Shown here: in pieces, positions 15,723 to 30,430 of the stretch | Layout of the letters: each line of letters begins with the position of its first letter | How positions within the stretch are numbered: position 1 is the stretch's first letter | From: Octopus vulgaris | Taxonomy: Eukaryota | Direction: 5' to 3' | NCBI GenBank assembly: GCA_951406725.2 | Contig: OX597827.1 | Location: 65,100,001 to 65,164,000 of the forward strand | Length of the DNA: 64,000 nt | The notes under the pieces: generated by a model | What the model was told of the DNA's origin: nothing | The model's database searches: none | The model's input: only the letters and a program-made list of their open reading frames with translations | Position numbers and translations under genes: made by a program

Positions 15723-15953
15723 AGGCGGCGAGCTGGCAGAATCGTTAGCAGGCCGGGCGAAATACTTAGCGGTATCTCGTCTGCCGTTACGTTCTGAGTT
15801 CAAATTCCGCCGAGGTCGACTTTGCCTTTCATCCTTTCGGGGTCGATACATTAAGTACCAGTTACGCACTGGGGTCGATGTGATCGACTTAATCAGTTTG
15901 TCTGTCCTTGTTTGTCCCCTCTGTGTTTAGCCCCTTGTGGGTAGTAAAGAAAT
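15723..15953 (+). mobile_element. Family A SINE with TSD
   Basis: Same sequence as 105-337; TGATGATTAAAAG on both sides. Confidence 0.9.
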
Positions 15954-16171
15954 ATGATGATTAAAAGTGAATAGTTTACTTCCTAATTCTTTCGAACATG
16001 TTCGCTCCCTTTGTCTCATTTTGCCCTTTTTGACTGATTTCACTTTTGTAAAATATGAAGTGTTTTCTACATCTATTCTGTTTGCGCTTCCCCAGTTGCT
16101 CATTCATCAGATTGTGTGCCACATCTTCGGCTAAATAATCTATTTCCTTTTATGGGAAATTATCCAAATTA

Positions 16172-16592
16172 GGCGCAGGAATGGCTGTGTGGTAAGTAGC
16201 TTGCTAACCAACCACATGGTTCTGGGTTCAGTCCCACTGCGTGGCATCTTGGGCAAGTGTCTTCTACTATAGCCCCGGGCCGACCAATGCCTTGTGAGTG
16301 GATTTGGTAGACGGAAACTGAAAGAAGCCTGTCGTATATATGTATGTATATATATATGTATGTGTGTGTGATTGTGTGTCTGCGTTTGTTCCCCTAGCAT
16401 TGCTTGACAACCAATGTTGGTGTGTTTACGTCCCCGTCACTTAGCGGTTCGGCAAAAAAAGACCGATAAAATAAGTACTGGGCTTACAAAAAGAATAAGA
16501 CCCGGGATCGAGTTACTCGACTAAAGGCGGTGCTCCAGCATGGCCGCAGTCAAATGACTGAAACAAGTAAAAGAGTAAAAGAGAAAGAGTAA
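16172..16592 (+). mobile_element. tRNA-derived SINE, family B (CORE-like, octopus OR-type)
   Basis: Head GGCGCAGGAATGGCTGTGTGGTAAG..GGTTCAGTCCC, CORE-like CTTGGGCAAGTGTCTT, internal (TA)/(TG) tract, LINE-like tail GCTCCAGCATGGCCGCAGTCAAATGACTGAAACAAG(TAAAAGAG)n. Confidence 0.9.
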
Positions 16593-17097
16593 ATCTTTGT
16601 TGCTTCTTTGTATTATTTTCCATCTAACAGAAAACGGTGATCTGATGGTATCGTAACCGCTGCCAGAGAAGATGCTTATAGCGGCATTTCTTCCGAATTT
16701 ACGTTGAGTTCAAATATCGCCACGATCGACTTTCCTTATTTCTGAGGCATTAAGATAAGTTGCAGCTGAACACTTGGGTTGATGCAATCGGCAATCCTCC
16801 CTTCACTAAAGTTTACACCAGGCTACAGAAAGAATTCCTCTCCGCTAAGTATTTAGCCATTCCATATTTTTTTAAGGAAAATATACTCAATCTTTTCTGA
16901 CATCTTTTTCTCGATCGAAATACTTGTAGATTCAATAAGTTTTCGGATATTAAAAATAACAAACAAAACAACTTTAACCATGGTATTCTTCTTGCAATAC
17001 AGATATCGCATATTTTATCATTTTATATAGCATATTGTGCCTGTATTTGGGAAAATATGAATTTCTATCAATCTATGTCTACTATATATATATATAT

Positions 17098-17158
<61 letters not shown>

Positions 17159-17247
17159 TGTGTCTGTGTCTTTATGCATATATATAAATACATATATATA
17201 TACGTACAAAAATAGTCATGTATAATATAAATATGTGTATGTATATT

Positions 17248-17279
<32 letters not shown>

Positions 17280-17911
17280 TATATATATACACGCATATAT
17301 ATTTATATATATATATATACATAAATATGTACATATATGCATACATATATATGTATATGTATACGTATATATATATATATATATATATGGGTATATATTG
17401 TGTAGATTTTGATGAGTGATTATGTAGCATATTGGATTGTGAAATTTTTCAATCCACGTGCAAGTCAGTATGTAATAAGTAATACGAAGCAAGACTGCAA
17501 GGATAAGTTATATAATATAGATTGATGTCTGTTGAGGGGTTATATTCATTTCATCTTTTCAGATGAGAAAAATACTAAATTATGTAATTTTGTTACAGAC
17601 CTCTGACGTTCCTAGACTTATCAATAAGTCGTAAACATACACAGCATAACTATAAAGATGTGAAAATGGACAACATAAATAAATTATTTCCCATGAATAA
17701 TTCCCCAACACAATCAATCATAGGCAGAAAATCACCTAATACTAGCCATAAATATAACGATACACGCACACTCACACATACACACGCGCATACATAAACA
17801 TATATATATATATATATATTATTAGTACGTACATTTATATTTATAACAAATATGTATGTGCAAGAATATGTACAAAAAACATGCATTTCTTCGTATATAC
17901 GTTATATATAT

Positions 17912-17953
<42 letters not shown>

Positions 17954-18029
17954 TATATGTGTAATTGATAGGGACAGGGGCAGTGCTGATAGAAATTTCA
18001 AGCACATTCATTGCATATATATATATATA

Positions 18030-18135
<106 letters not shown>

Positions 18136-18481
18136 GTATATATATATGTATGTATATATATATATAATCTGTAAATTAATGTTTACAAGATACGACATAA
18201 TTTCCATAATTCTATATCCTGAATTTTTTAGTTCCTATTTACCTCTTTTGTCAGAAGATTTCCTTCTTATCTTTTTTGAGTCGTCACGAATCTGAATCTG
18301 GAAATCATATTACTTTTCCATTTATGCGCTAAGCCGTATATTTTAAGTAGACTTAAGCTGTCATTTCTAGCAGATTGTTGGCGATAAGCGTAACCCAAAT
18401 ATGATTAATGATGTGAAGTGAAAGAAAACCAAAGAAATTTGCCGATAACTGGGTTTGCAACGCAAGCATACTTACCACAGA

Positions 18482-18668
<187 letters not shown>

Positions 18669-19470
18669 TATGCTATGAAATAGGTTTAATTTTGTTTATT
18701 TTTCAAATATTGAGTCAAGCGAGTTAACTTAAGTAGGCTATTCGTCTGATTTTTTATAGATAACTGAAAGGGGGTTGTGTTCTGAATGTTGAAGAAAGAA
18801 ACCTTTGCGTTAATTTATACGCTAGCGAAAATATCCACGGATTATTTTTAAAGGAGGATATGGTTTCAAGTAAAATAAATATTGAAGTTTTAAATTCAAT
18901 TTACATGGTTTAGGAAAAAATCGGGTATTTGTTTACCGATAGGGGACAATTACGATCATATTTCAATCAATTCAACGCTGTCGGCACATCATATTTTATG
19001 TTAATTTCCCTGATAGGTTGACATTGGGATTTTATATCTCTTGCCCTGTTGCTTGTTTACATTCATTGATGTCTAGCCAAGGAGGTGAACCACTTCGAAA
19101 AACTGATAACGAATCCAAGTACTCTACCGAATCACTAAGTTACTGTGTCATAGGCAAGCCAACCTCGGTTGTCAAGTTGTGTGTTGGGTGACACATATAG
19201 CCACACACAGACACGAACACAAACTACACACATATGCAGGGACTTTCGGGAGCACGTCAAATATTTCTTCTCTTGAATAATGGTTCTCAAAGCACGTCGC
19301 ATAAAGCTATAATGAAAAGCATGCAGATATGAGATTGAAACATCGTCGAAATTTTTATTTTTACCCAAATGTAATTTACATGGTATGTGTTTTTGATGCA
19401 TGTGATGTGCTTCGGTGGTGTAGAAAATAAACAAATGCACTAGTATAACGCTCGGAGAGTGAAAAAAAGT

Positions 19471-19506
19471 CTGTAACGTTTCGAGCCTACGCTCTTCCAC
19501 AGAAAG
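19471..19506 (-). ncRNA. Minimal hammerhead-like motif with CUGUGGA core
   Basis: Minus: CUUU CUGUGGA A GAGC-GUAG-GCUC GAAAC GUU ACAG; one mismatch in stem I. Confidence 0.6.
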
Positions 19507-19567
19507 GAACACAGAAACAAATAAGGAGAGAAACAAGGAGATAAAAAATGGTTTGTAGTGGCTAGTG

Positions 19568-19607
<40 letters not shown>

Positions 19608-22600
19608 ATAGAAAGCTGTTACAAAAAGAAAATAGAAACTACACGTGGAAATGTAAGGTGAAAGTAAGATGATAAATAAGCTAAATTGCACATTGGAAAT
19701 AAAAAAGTAATGGCTTTTTATGAAAAGTAACCATACATATATACAATTAGATGAACTGAGGTAGGAATAAAAGTAATAAAAATTATTATTGGGAATTGTT
19801 AAAGAGATTCAAGGGCATACCGGTTTCGTAAAGTTACTGATCACTAATTTGAATGCGCACCGGTGTCGGGTCTACTAGTCCGGGAGGGACAAGCATCGAG
19901 CGCCCCCCGCCGCTCGAGGGGCTCAAGCTCTCTTACCGCGACAAGGTAGTACCAGGGCGTCAAACTCCCCACCTAACCACCGATGTGCAGCATAAAAACG
20001 AGCCATCATGCATGGCGAGGCTGAGGCCCAGTGGCGGGGAGGGGCCTCAGGGGATTGACGGGCTCCTTAGAATAGCTATAACTCTTTGACTGCTATTTTT
20101 AAATTCGGTGTGTGGTGAGGCAAATCGTTGCTAAACCCTTAATTACTTAGTATATATATATATATATATTCGAAGTAGGTTTGATGGTAAGTACGGCAGG
20201 ATTTTAATTAACGCTGATTAAGCTCTCAAAGATTGAACACAAGATGAATGGGGAGATCTTCCCTTCTTTCAGGCCGTCAATTATTGTTTAACGGCGAGTA
20301 GTTATTGCTGGTTGCTCATATTATGCGGAACAACAGGTCATATTTCTATAACAGCGAACGACGTCTACTGAAATATATGGATGATATTCTTTGAGACACA
20401 AATCCTTCAATTGAAAATCTAGTAAAAGTAAATGGTGGACTCAGATTTTTGATTCACCAACATCAGATGCAACGTATTTGCGGTTGTACATGAACAATTA
20501 GATATTCTTATATATATAAAATAACAACCGTTCTTACAGGGCATGAACGACTGACACCGTATTCGTAGGTCATGACGCGTAATGAGACAAACGTATGCGT
20601 TCTACAACTTGAAGTCTTTCATCTATGATGTGATTTCACACGTAATATGTATAAGTGTAATTTTGTTTCGAAACTGTTTCTGCAGAGAAAGGGCTTCCCA
20701 CGCCCGAGCGTACACGGACGTGTTTGATACAACCACACATACATGTTTCAGGAAACGCTTCATCGTACGCTCCCCAGTGAATTTCTTTTAAGATGTTATC
20801 CAAGAATTGTGGCTCCTATCATTAACAAAATGTCTAAACAATATCTGCCATCGATTTCTCACTATACTGGAACAGAAATGAAAGTCTTGAGAACCAATAA
20901 TAAAACGTGTAAACGGTTCAAGAACTGATAAGAATTTGCAGTCAAATTTTTAATATGTTATATAAACACTAATACTTTGAAAAGCACTCTACTATTTCTT
21001 TACGAAACGCTATTACAATTCGGTTTCTTAGTTATATTAATGTCTAGCAGTATCAAATAGTTTTGCTATTTTCATTACATTCGAGCCTTTGGAGTTTAAT
21101 AACCAATCCACAATACTTTTGACTGTCAGTAACCGACTGAATGCAGGCGAAAAGTTTGTGTAGAGATACGATCAATACAGCTTAGGAAATTGTTTCTAAT
21201 ATCCTTGTCATTATATCAGCTGAAAAAGGTGTAATAATGGAACGGTTAAATAATGAAGGAGCTTCATTATTGTAAACACACTATGATTATTCTACTCTGG
21301 AAGCATCATCACCACTGAGAGAGATTCGATATGTTTACAGACACATAAAACAGATATTACATTAGAGTCCTTGTGGTGCAGGGTATAATTAATTTTAAAC
21401 GATCTCATCTGACAGAACACAGTTTACCGTGTCGATAGACAGCATCGTATCGTATCTCATTACCGTTTCGATACTGTGAAGTTGGCTAATGCCCATATCC
21501 TGCTACTTCTCCAGACTTCCACATTTGCCGTAATCATTTAAAGAACGAAATGAAAGAAGGATATAATTTATTGCCGTAAGTAGGTGCTGTATTAGCAGTA
21601 CAAATAAATTTCATCACATTAACCCGCATCTATTCGCTAGAAGTGAAGAAAGCAAAAGGAAGCCATTTCAGTGTAGTTTGTTCTTTGATTCACTATCTGA
21701 AACTGAAGATACTTTTTATAACTCTAATACAATCAATTACAGGGAAGGGGTGAGAGTATTACTTTTGATTATTACTGTGAGGGTGGTAAATGTGGATGAA
21801 ATAATTCAGTTATAGAACTAAACGTCTTGAAGTTTTCAGTTCATGTTTATTTGCAAATCGACCGAAATCGATTAATTAAAGAGTGGTAGCAGTAATAAAG
21901 AACCTGATATCCAGTGAGAGAGTTTCACAGCCAACGAAGCGGTGTCTGTACAGTTGATTGTTCTGGTTGAAATGGCTGACAAATTTCACTCAGAACATAG
22001 CTTATTATCTTAAAACAAACAAAAAACAAACGAGGATTTTAGATAATGAATGTAGCCATAATTACAATGTCTGAGAATCCGCTGATGAAAACGATTAAAA
22101 TATTATTGTTCAAAATCAGTGAATTCACTTGTTATTTGGAAGTTAAAAACAAAACAGACAAAAATATCTGTCTATTTTGTAGCTGTCGCTCTCGCTATCA
22201 TTTTTTAGCCCTGGGTCAGTCTTGTTTAAGGAAATGTTAGTACAAATCAGTTCGAGCTTCCACCATCTTGTTTACGCATTCAGATATCTAGAACAGTACT
22301 GCTGGATTTGTGCTTTCCTTTATTAAACCACTCGGTGTAATTTGGATAAAATTTGATTGCAGATCCTTGCAGCTCATTGAGCCATTATAGAAATTCTCTC
22401 GTTGGCTTCAAATCTTTGAAGATTTGTTCCAGTGTACAGAGAAATCGATCTCATGACTAATATAGATTTTGTATAGTATTAATGAAAGGATCCAACGATT
22501 TTGGGCAACAATTTGATTTAAAATAAGTTCTAGGTATGTGTGTTACTAAAGAGAAAAGAACAAACGATGAAGGCTTTGGATGCAAGAGTATTGGAATTCG

Positions 22601-22847
22601 TTAAAAATATAGAATAAGATCACATCGACAACGACGACGAAGAGGTATAGCAGGAAAAGTAAACGAAAAAGAAAATAAAAAGACGAAGAGAAAGAATGAG
22701 AATAGGGAGAAATAGAAGGCAATGGCTTCTGATCTTAACTGATTGCATGTGTTCTCATGTCTAAGTTTACGGGGACGTAAACACACCCCACTGGGGGACA
22801 CACAAAGACACAGGCACACACACACATAAATATAGTCATACACTCAT

Positions 22848-22884
<37 letters not shown>

Positions 22885-23516
22885 CGACGTGCCCCTTTCG
22901 GGTTCCCTCTAACAATTCCACTCACAAGGATTTGGTGGGCTCGAGGCTATAGTAGGAGACACTTGCCGAAGGTGACACTGAACCAAAAAACTGAACCAGG
23001 AACCATGTCGTTGGGAAGCAAGTTTCTTACTACACGTCTGTGCCTTTGTGTCTTTGTGTCTTTGTGTCTTTGATTCCGTTCCATAGATAAGTCTAATACA
23101 TGATCTCACGCTGTTTATATTCGAGAGATTACAGACTTTGTGTATAACAACAGCTGATTATACTGACGCAAATGTTTGATAGTTGCTAACATGTCGGCCG
23201 TGAATGAAAGAAAAGGGAAGAAAATTAATTGCAATTTCAAACTAAAGCGTTAACTCACAAACACGTTTCCATGTCTCAGATTGATAACCTTAGCCACGTT
23301 GTTGTTCTCGCTATTGTTCTTCTTCAATTAATTTCATTTATGTGTCAGATTCCATATTTGCAAGAGAGCAATGATACTCCGAAGAGAAAGGTATTTTCAT
23401 CTCCACAGCGTATTTCTCATGGCTTAGTGCTTCTCAGATGTTTCGAAATCCAGGAAAGTTTGAGCTGAAAAATCTACGAACGTTGCCCAAAGCACTCTGC
23501 CATCGGCAAAATTAGC

Positions 23517-23594
23517 AGAATAATTTGCATGGCTTATAGTGTAGAATAATTTACATGGCTTATAGTGTAGAATAATTTGCATCACTTATGGTGT
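23517..23594. repeat. 26-bp minisatellite, 3 copies
   Basis: AGAATAATTT(G/A)CATGGCTTATAGTGT repeated. Confidence 0.85.
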
Positions 23595-23862
23595 GTGGTT
23601 TATATCGAAAACTCTGCTAACTATGCAAGCTGTCTGAAGCCACTATGCCACTTCCTCTTGAGTTGAAACTTTGAATTTCCTAAGGGGTTACCGTAACAGA
23701 ACTTCAGGTGATTCTTTGTGTAACTATTTATTATCCAAATTCCAATATTATACGATAATTACCTCAGCACATACTCTATGTATTCAGATTCCAATATCAT
23801 AACACCTTTGATCCACTACATATTTTGCTCAAGAAATTCCTCATACTACAAACACATTTCAG

Positions 23863-24205
23863 AACAAGAGCACTCAGAGCGCGCAAGCCTCCGCCAAGGT
23901 AACAACAGCGTCCTCTCAATGATTAGCCAGAGATTAATTTTTAAAGAATATCTGAAATAAACTCGACTGCTTTCACAAACTAGAATACTAAACGTGAACC
24001 CGACCGCTCTCGAAAAAAAAAAAAGACCGGAAAATAATCCAGGATCGTTGACGATCCCAAGATCTAATCAGTTCGTGCCGGGTAGAGGCCAAACATCCCC
24101 GAAAGATTCATTCGAATCCGGCCAGCGGTTATTGAGATATCTTGTCCACGGAAAGAAAAGGACTGAAAAACAATATGTCCGCCTTAGCGAAGGCGGAGGT
24201 AATAA
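23863..24205 (-). mobile_element. Helentron-associated (HINE/DINE-1-like) non-autonomous element
   Basis: Ends AACAAGAGCACTCAGAGCGCGCAAGCCTCCGCCAAGG and AAGGCGGAGGTAATAA. Subterminal inverted repeats CCTCCGCC/GGCGGAGG plus hairpin TCCGCCTT-AGCG-AAGGCGGA. Confidence 0.65.
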
Positions 24206-24532
24206 ACAAATGTAACTGTTACATAGCAGAAGAAACATTAATTACGCATCAAAGGAGGGTAAATTAAACGAAGCACAGATACCAGACACGCGCAGACACA
24301 AAATCCTCGCATATACATTCTCACAAACAATAACATACACCTTCCTACACGAAGAATAAAACATGCAAATATGTCGAGAAATCAGGAATGTTTACGTAGT
24401 AACTAAATATGTGTTATGGCGAGTATCATGACATCCCCTTTGAGAATGGACGAGCCCAACACGTATAAATAGCAGTACAACAATTAGCATAAACACAGTA
24501 CAAACTATATTCACTGATGACAGACTACTATA

Positions 24533-24766
24533 TATTTCTTTACTACCCACAAGGGGCTAAACACAGAGGGGACAAACAAAGACAGACAAACGGATTAAGT
24601 CGATTATATCGACCTCCAGTGTGTAACTGGTACTTAATTTATCGATCCTGAAAGGATGAAAGGCAAAGTCGACCTCGGCGGTATTTGAACTCAGAACGCA
24701 GCGGCGGACGAATTAGCGCAAAGCATTTCGCCCGGCGTGCTAACGTTTCTGCCAGCTTGCCGCCTT
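24533..24766 (-). mobile_element. Family A SINE with TSD
   Basis: Reverse complement of family A; ATGACAGACTACTATA on both sides. Confidence 0.9.
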
Positions 24767-25129
24767 ATGACAGACTACTATAGCAGATAAACACCTTCTA
24801 GCTTGGTGATGTGTGTATGCGTGAGTGTGTGCACGTGTATGTGAGAGTATATGTATGTGTGTGTGTGTGTGTGTTTGTTTACCGTAGTCTCGGTCCTTCA
24901 GATTTCTTGTAAATGAAATTGGGTATATGTGAATTATCAGGAATTCCCTTGGTTGGTATGTATGGGCAATTCAAAGATTCAGCTTTGTCGCATGCATGCA
25001 AGAACGATAACCATTATGCCATACTGTCATACATTTTCTCGTACTGATTCTGCCTGAGAATTAATTACATGAACAGTAAATGCGACTGTAATTTCCAAGC
25101 TCTTACACGGTAAAGCAATGAAACGGAAA

Positions 25130-25440
25130 ATTAGTAGATGTGTGGAAAGAAGCTTGCTTCCCAACGACGTGGCTGCGGTTTCAGTCTCACAGCGTGGCAC
25201 TTTGAGTAAGCGTCTTCTACTCTAGTACCGAGCCGACCGAAGCCTTGTCAGTAAATTTGGTACAGGAAAACTGAAAGGAACCCGTCGTATATCTGTATGT
25301 ATGTATATCTATGTGTATGTGTCTCTTCGCATCTGTGTTTGTGCATCCATCATCGTTTGAAAACTGCTACTAATGTAGTTACGTACCTCTAACGTAGCGA
25401 TTCGGCTGAAGTCTAATCAACGAAACAAGTAAAAAATAAA
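25130..25440 (+). mobile_element. Decayed family B SINE (other decayed pieces at ~22700-23030, 25845-25925, 33220-33580, 53090-53465)
   Basis: Recognisable GCGTGGCACTTTGAGTAAGCGTCTTCTAC..GCCGACCGAAGCCTTGT..AACTGAAAGGAACCCGTCG. Confidence 0.75.
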
Positions 25441-25991
25441 CGATAAAAGATAAATTCAACTCCAGAATAGTCGTCGAAATAGACGGAAATCCATTGAATA
25501 AAACCAACAACATAAAAATTTTCTTCTGTAAAATTGTCATCCGATATGGAAGTCGCACAACACATGGGCAACGCAATTGCCAAACAATACGATAATAAAT
25601 TCAATCTATCAGTGTTAGTAGCTTAATATGCTTCAAACCATTTAATCATCATGAATTAGGGCGTGCATTGGAAAACGCAGCCCTATACAAAACAGTAGTC
25701 TTACTTTCTCTCCAAATAAAAGGGAGAGCGAAAGCGGAAATGCCTTTAAATAGTGGTCCTTATGATCAGGTTTATTATGGGGTTATTTAGCAATTTTAAA
25801 CTTCGGACTGTAGAGCGGTGAGGTTTGTGGGTTATATTTATATACTCTTTTACTCTTTTAATTATTTCAGTCATTTGACTGCGGCCATGCTGGAGCATCG
25901 CCTTTAGTCAAACAAATTGACACTATGGGGAGAGATAGATAGATAGAGAGAGAGAGACAGAGAGAGAGACAGAGAGTGAGACAGGCATAGA

Positions 25992-26025
<34 letters not shown>

Positions 26026-26217
26026 ACAAAAGGGCTCAGAGAGAGAAACAAGCAAAAACTTCAAAGATGGATGTAGATAGGGAGAAATGGATAGAGAGAT
26101 GCAGTCAAATAGAAGAGAAAGTAAGCGATATACATAGAATATAAATGCACACACACACATATATGTACGCGTATGTATATAGTTATATGTATGAATATCT
26201 ATCTAACTGTCTATTTA

Positions 26218-26335
<118 letters not shown>

Positions 26336-27143
26336 AAAAAAAAAAAGAAATGGTAGAGAAAAAACAGCTAACGACACTTAGAATATCTAAAGGAAAAAAA
26401 AAAACGAAAGTGTTGGAGATGGTTTTAAGCAACCTTCTCCATAACCGGATTTCCTCTATGTCCGTCTTTTGTGGCATTAATGTTTAAAACATTAGACGAA
26501 CGAACACGCAGAAGAGATATAGAAAAACTAAACTCATAGACACACACATAAACACACACACAACACACACGTGCGCGCACATAGACACAGGCGCACAGAC
26601 GGGCATAGATAGTAAACAACACAGTTATAGAAAAAAGTTTGATCAAACCTCTACGCTATCGTAGACGACGTCTCTCCTGAAAGAAATATTAAACTATGCC
26701 AATCTCCAAATGTAAGCACACACATATTATATCACACAGAAGCACTTAATATTTGACACATGTTGATTACTAACATGCACACAGACGTACGCATGCGCAG
26801 ACGCACTGTCTCTCACAAATGCATTTATAAATATATATATATATATATATATATGTGCGAACACAGACACACACGTATTATATGTGTGTTTATGTGTGTA
26901 CTATGTGTGTATATCTACAGTCCTATGATGGTATAGATGACTTCAGATTCGAAGTCACAGGCAACATTACTCTTCTTTTTACTCTACATAACTGCACAAT
27001 CCTTCGGCCTAATGTAGAATTTTTTGGGTTTTACTACAACACATAAACACGCATATATATACATATATATATATATGTGTGTGTGTAAGTATCTATATAC
27101 ATATATAGATATGTATACACAATTATGTGTATACATATGTACA

Positions 27144-27181
<38 letters not shown>

Positions 27182-27218
27182 TACATATATATATATATGT
27201 GTACGTGCGTGTATGTGT

Positions 27219-27253
<35 letters not shown>

Positions 27254-27852
27254 GCTGTGTGTGTGTGTGTCTGTAAACGTCCGGTTATTGTGTGCAGACA
27301 ATGTTAGCTCACACAAGATCTATATAACACAGGCTTTGAATGTTTGAATGCTAGCTTATCAATTTTAACGTTTCAGACAAATGGACAGAGAAGATTTCGA
27401 GAATTCAATACAGAAAACTCAAAGACAGCAGTTACTGAAGTAAATAAATAAAAAAACAAAAAAAAAAACAACAAACAAAATACAAAAGACAAAGCAACCA
27501 TACATACAAACTAACAAATAAATAAACAAATGAAACGAAGATAACTAAGTGTCTGTTTTGTTTTTCATATTTTACTGTTTATCATAAGCTCGCATTTTCT
27601 AATGTGTTCTATTGTTATATAGTCTATTTCTTTAATGCTATTTCGAAATATTTTCTCAGTCTCCATCATTGCTGTATTTTGTACAGTTTAGATATCTTTG
27701 TTTTTCTTTTGTTTTTGTCTTTTTCTCTTTCTAATTCAATAATTTCCAGTTCTTTGTAGATTTGTTGATTAGTTTGTTCATACGAATATAACTTCTATAT
27801 AAATATATGTATCTACCGATAACTACATGCTCATACAAACACATACACACAC

Positions 27853-27917
<65 letters not shown>

Positions 27918-28016
27918 GTATATATATGTATATATATATATATATATACAGATACTTATATACTTCAATATATATATACTTATATCAGTATATATACATT
28001 TTTGCATATATAAACA

Positions 28017-28082
<66 letters not shown>

Positions 28083-29348
28083 AGTGTTTATATATGCATA
28101 AATGTATATATACTGATATAAGTATATAAGTATCTGTATATATATATATACATACAGACATGTACACACATATATCATTTGCCGTTGCAATATTATATAT
28201 ATTTTGAATGATTCTTTCATATTTATTCATGTGACAACTATTTATTCTTATTCTTAATTATTGCTTGTGATAGATTTCACATATTTTCTTCCATTTGCCA
28301 ATTTAAATTAATTTCTTGTCACAAATGCTTTTCGTTTTATTTTCTTTGAAGATATTAATAAATAATTATCATCTTTTGAGAAAAAATAACCTAAAAATAC
28401 GAAGGAATGAAAATACTATCATAAGGATAACCATTATTAATAATTTCTTTTGCAAATTCAGTGTCAACTGACGAGTATATTTTTCTGCTCTGCTGTTGTC
28501 TGTCACATATTTGCTACTTAATATTAAATGGCTTTATAAAGACGCCATGAAACGTCCATAAAACAAAACACGATAATACGATAATATATGTGATATACTT
28601 TGCATCACTGAGTGGTTAATTGATAAATCATAGGTTATATTATGCTGTAGGTTTCCAAAAAGAATGAAATAGTGGTGAGCATGAGTACCACTGGCCAGAC
28701 GTCTTAAGAACTTCGTAATATTTACATTATTTATATTATTTACGTTATTTGAATTTGAAGCATATTTGTCCTCATCATATTTAAACAAAGAAAACAAAAT
28801 ATATTTATTCTATGCATCTGTAATCTATGTAATTTATCTGTATTCTATGAATCTGTGATTACAAATGCAGCCGTTGAGTCGAATCTTTCGCCTGGAATCC
28901 GTAGTTGAGAATATCACTGAGGAGCTATAGGAGCTATACGAAACGAAACAATAAATGTAACTAATTATCTGCTAAACAAAGTTTCGTGTTGAGTTCTATA
29001 GAAACACATACACATACATATACACGTATATATAAATACACGTATATATATATGCATATATATGTGTGTGTGTATATATATATACACACATATGTATACA
29101 CTCATATATATATGTATACAAAATATTCCTTTCCTTCTCTTTTCGTTTGACACTCCTTTCAGATCCAAAGGCACACACACACACACACACGTACTCTCTC
29201 TCACCTTCTCCCCATTCATTCCCCACCTCTTTTACTATCCTATATCTTTCGCTACGCGTACACACTCAATAATACTATAAAAAGAAACGAATCTCCTCAA
29301 AAAATTCAATGTGAAGAATCCACTAGAGTGGATGCAAGCGCTAGTATA

Positions 29349-29574
29349 TCTCTTATTATAAAAGGCATATTTTATCTGCCTCCCTTTGTCTCTTATAGAA
29401 ATCTACAATATAGGATTTCTTCAATTACAATTTACCTAGCATTTTTAAGAGTAGAATGCATCGGGTCGTGCCAGGTCTAGTTTTTAAAATTTCAACCCCA
29501 ATTAAGCAACATTTAGAGAAAACTCACATTGTGGTGTGTATGTCAAATGCTTTTCTTAGTGTGGGCTATAGCAT

Positions 29575-29607
<33 letters not shown>

Positions 29608-29700
29608 GGGAGCGATATGATTCACTCACGCTATCACTCTAATTTCTCCTTTCTCTTTGGAAGTGTGCAACGATTAAAGTGAAAACAGTGAATCCGACAG
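29349..29700 (+). mobile_element. Probable Helitron 5' portion, directly after another Helitron-like 3' end
   Basis: Starts A|TCTCTTATTATAAAAGG; preceded by hairpin ATCCAC-TAGA-GTGGAT and CTAG|T at 29341-29345. Confidence 0.5.
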
Positions 29701-29716
29701 CGATAAAGAAAATGAA

Positions 29717-30322
29717 TTGGCACCTGAATGGAGTGAAAATTTAAAAACTGTTTCTTTCGGTGATTTTTCTGAAGAAACTGGACCAAGCCACAGACTTTCC
29801 CAGAAGAGTAAAGCCTTAGACTATTTCTATTTACTTTTTCGAATGAGCCCATTTGAAATCATTACGGCGGAAACGAACTGTTACTCTAAACGTAAACAAA
29901 GCGAAAGAAAGGATAGTTTGTTATTTCCCACAACCTTAAATGAAATTAAGGCCTATTTTGCCATAAATATTATTATGGGTATCAGAAAGTTCTATCGTAA
30001 AATTTTGTTGTATACCCAATTGAATATTAGCTAATAACCCATTTTCTATAGCGATGTTTGAACAAAATTTTAATAATTTTATATATTGTTGAATTTACCT
30101 GTATCTACCTGCAATTAGAGTCACTTTGTGACAAAAATTATAGTATAGAATTGGTTGAGAACATTTTATTAAATTATCTTCCAAAATTCATGTTAATATA
30201 TTGATAAATAAAAAAGTTATAGTTGTTTAATGAAACCAGACTAACTTTATGATTACGTTAGAAATTAATTGAAACACATAAGGGGTGTATTTTGGTCAGA
30301 AATATAGTAGCGAAAGGGTTAA
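29717..30322 (+). mobile_element. piggyBac transposase fragment (PGBD-like) and piggyBac right end
   Basis: FSEETGP..ALDYFYLLF..EIITAETNCYS..PTTLNEIKAYFAINIIMGI resembles the N-terminal part of piggyBac DDE transposases; terminus AGGG-TTAA at 30315-30322. Confidence 0.8.
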
Positions 30323-30430
30323 GAAAAACCAAAAAATATTTTATTCTTTATAAATGCTGTGTTCAAAATAACATTTTCTTTTAAGAATGTGTATATAACA
30401 AAGTATGTGTATATAACTACGTGGCTTATA

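Noticed and set aside
15552-15869. Recurring peptides MRNWYL.YRPRKDERQSRPRR and SARGYSRRHLPK
   Set aside because: Chance frames of SINE families A and B, not a protein family.
19955-19980. TCAAACTCCCCACCT resembles antisense 28S rRNA
   Set aside because: Only ~15 nt match; the flanks do not continue as rRNA.
23517-23594. 26-bp repeats as a CRISPR array
   Set aside because: No spacers, eukaryotic context; a minisatellite.
28914-28955. CUGAGGA...GAAAC
   Set aside because: No stem III, cleavage triplet or stem I. The same applies to CUGANGA hits at ~7333, 16103, 52897, 58108 and 60137.
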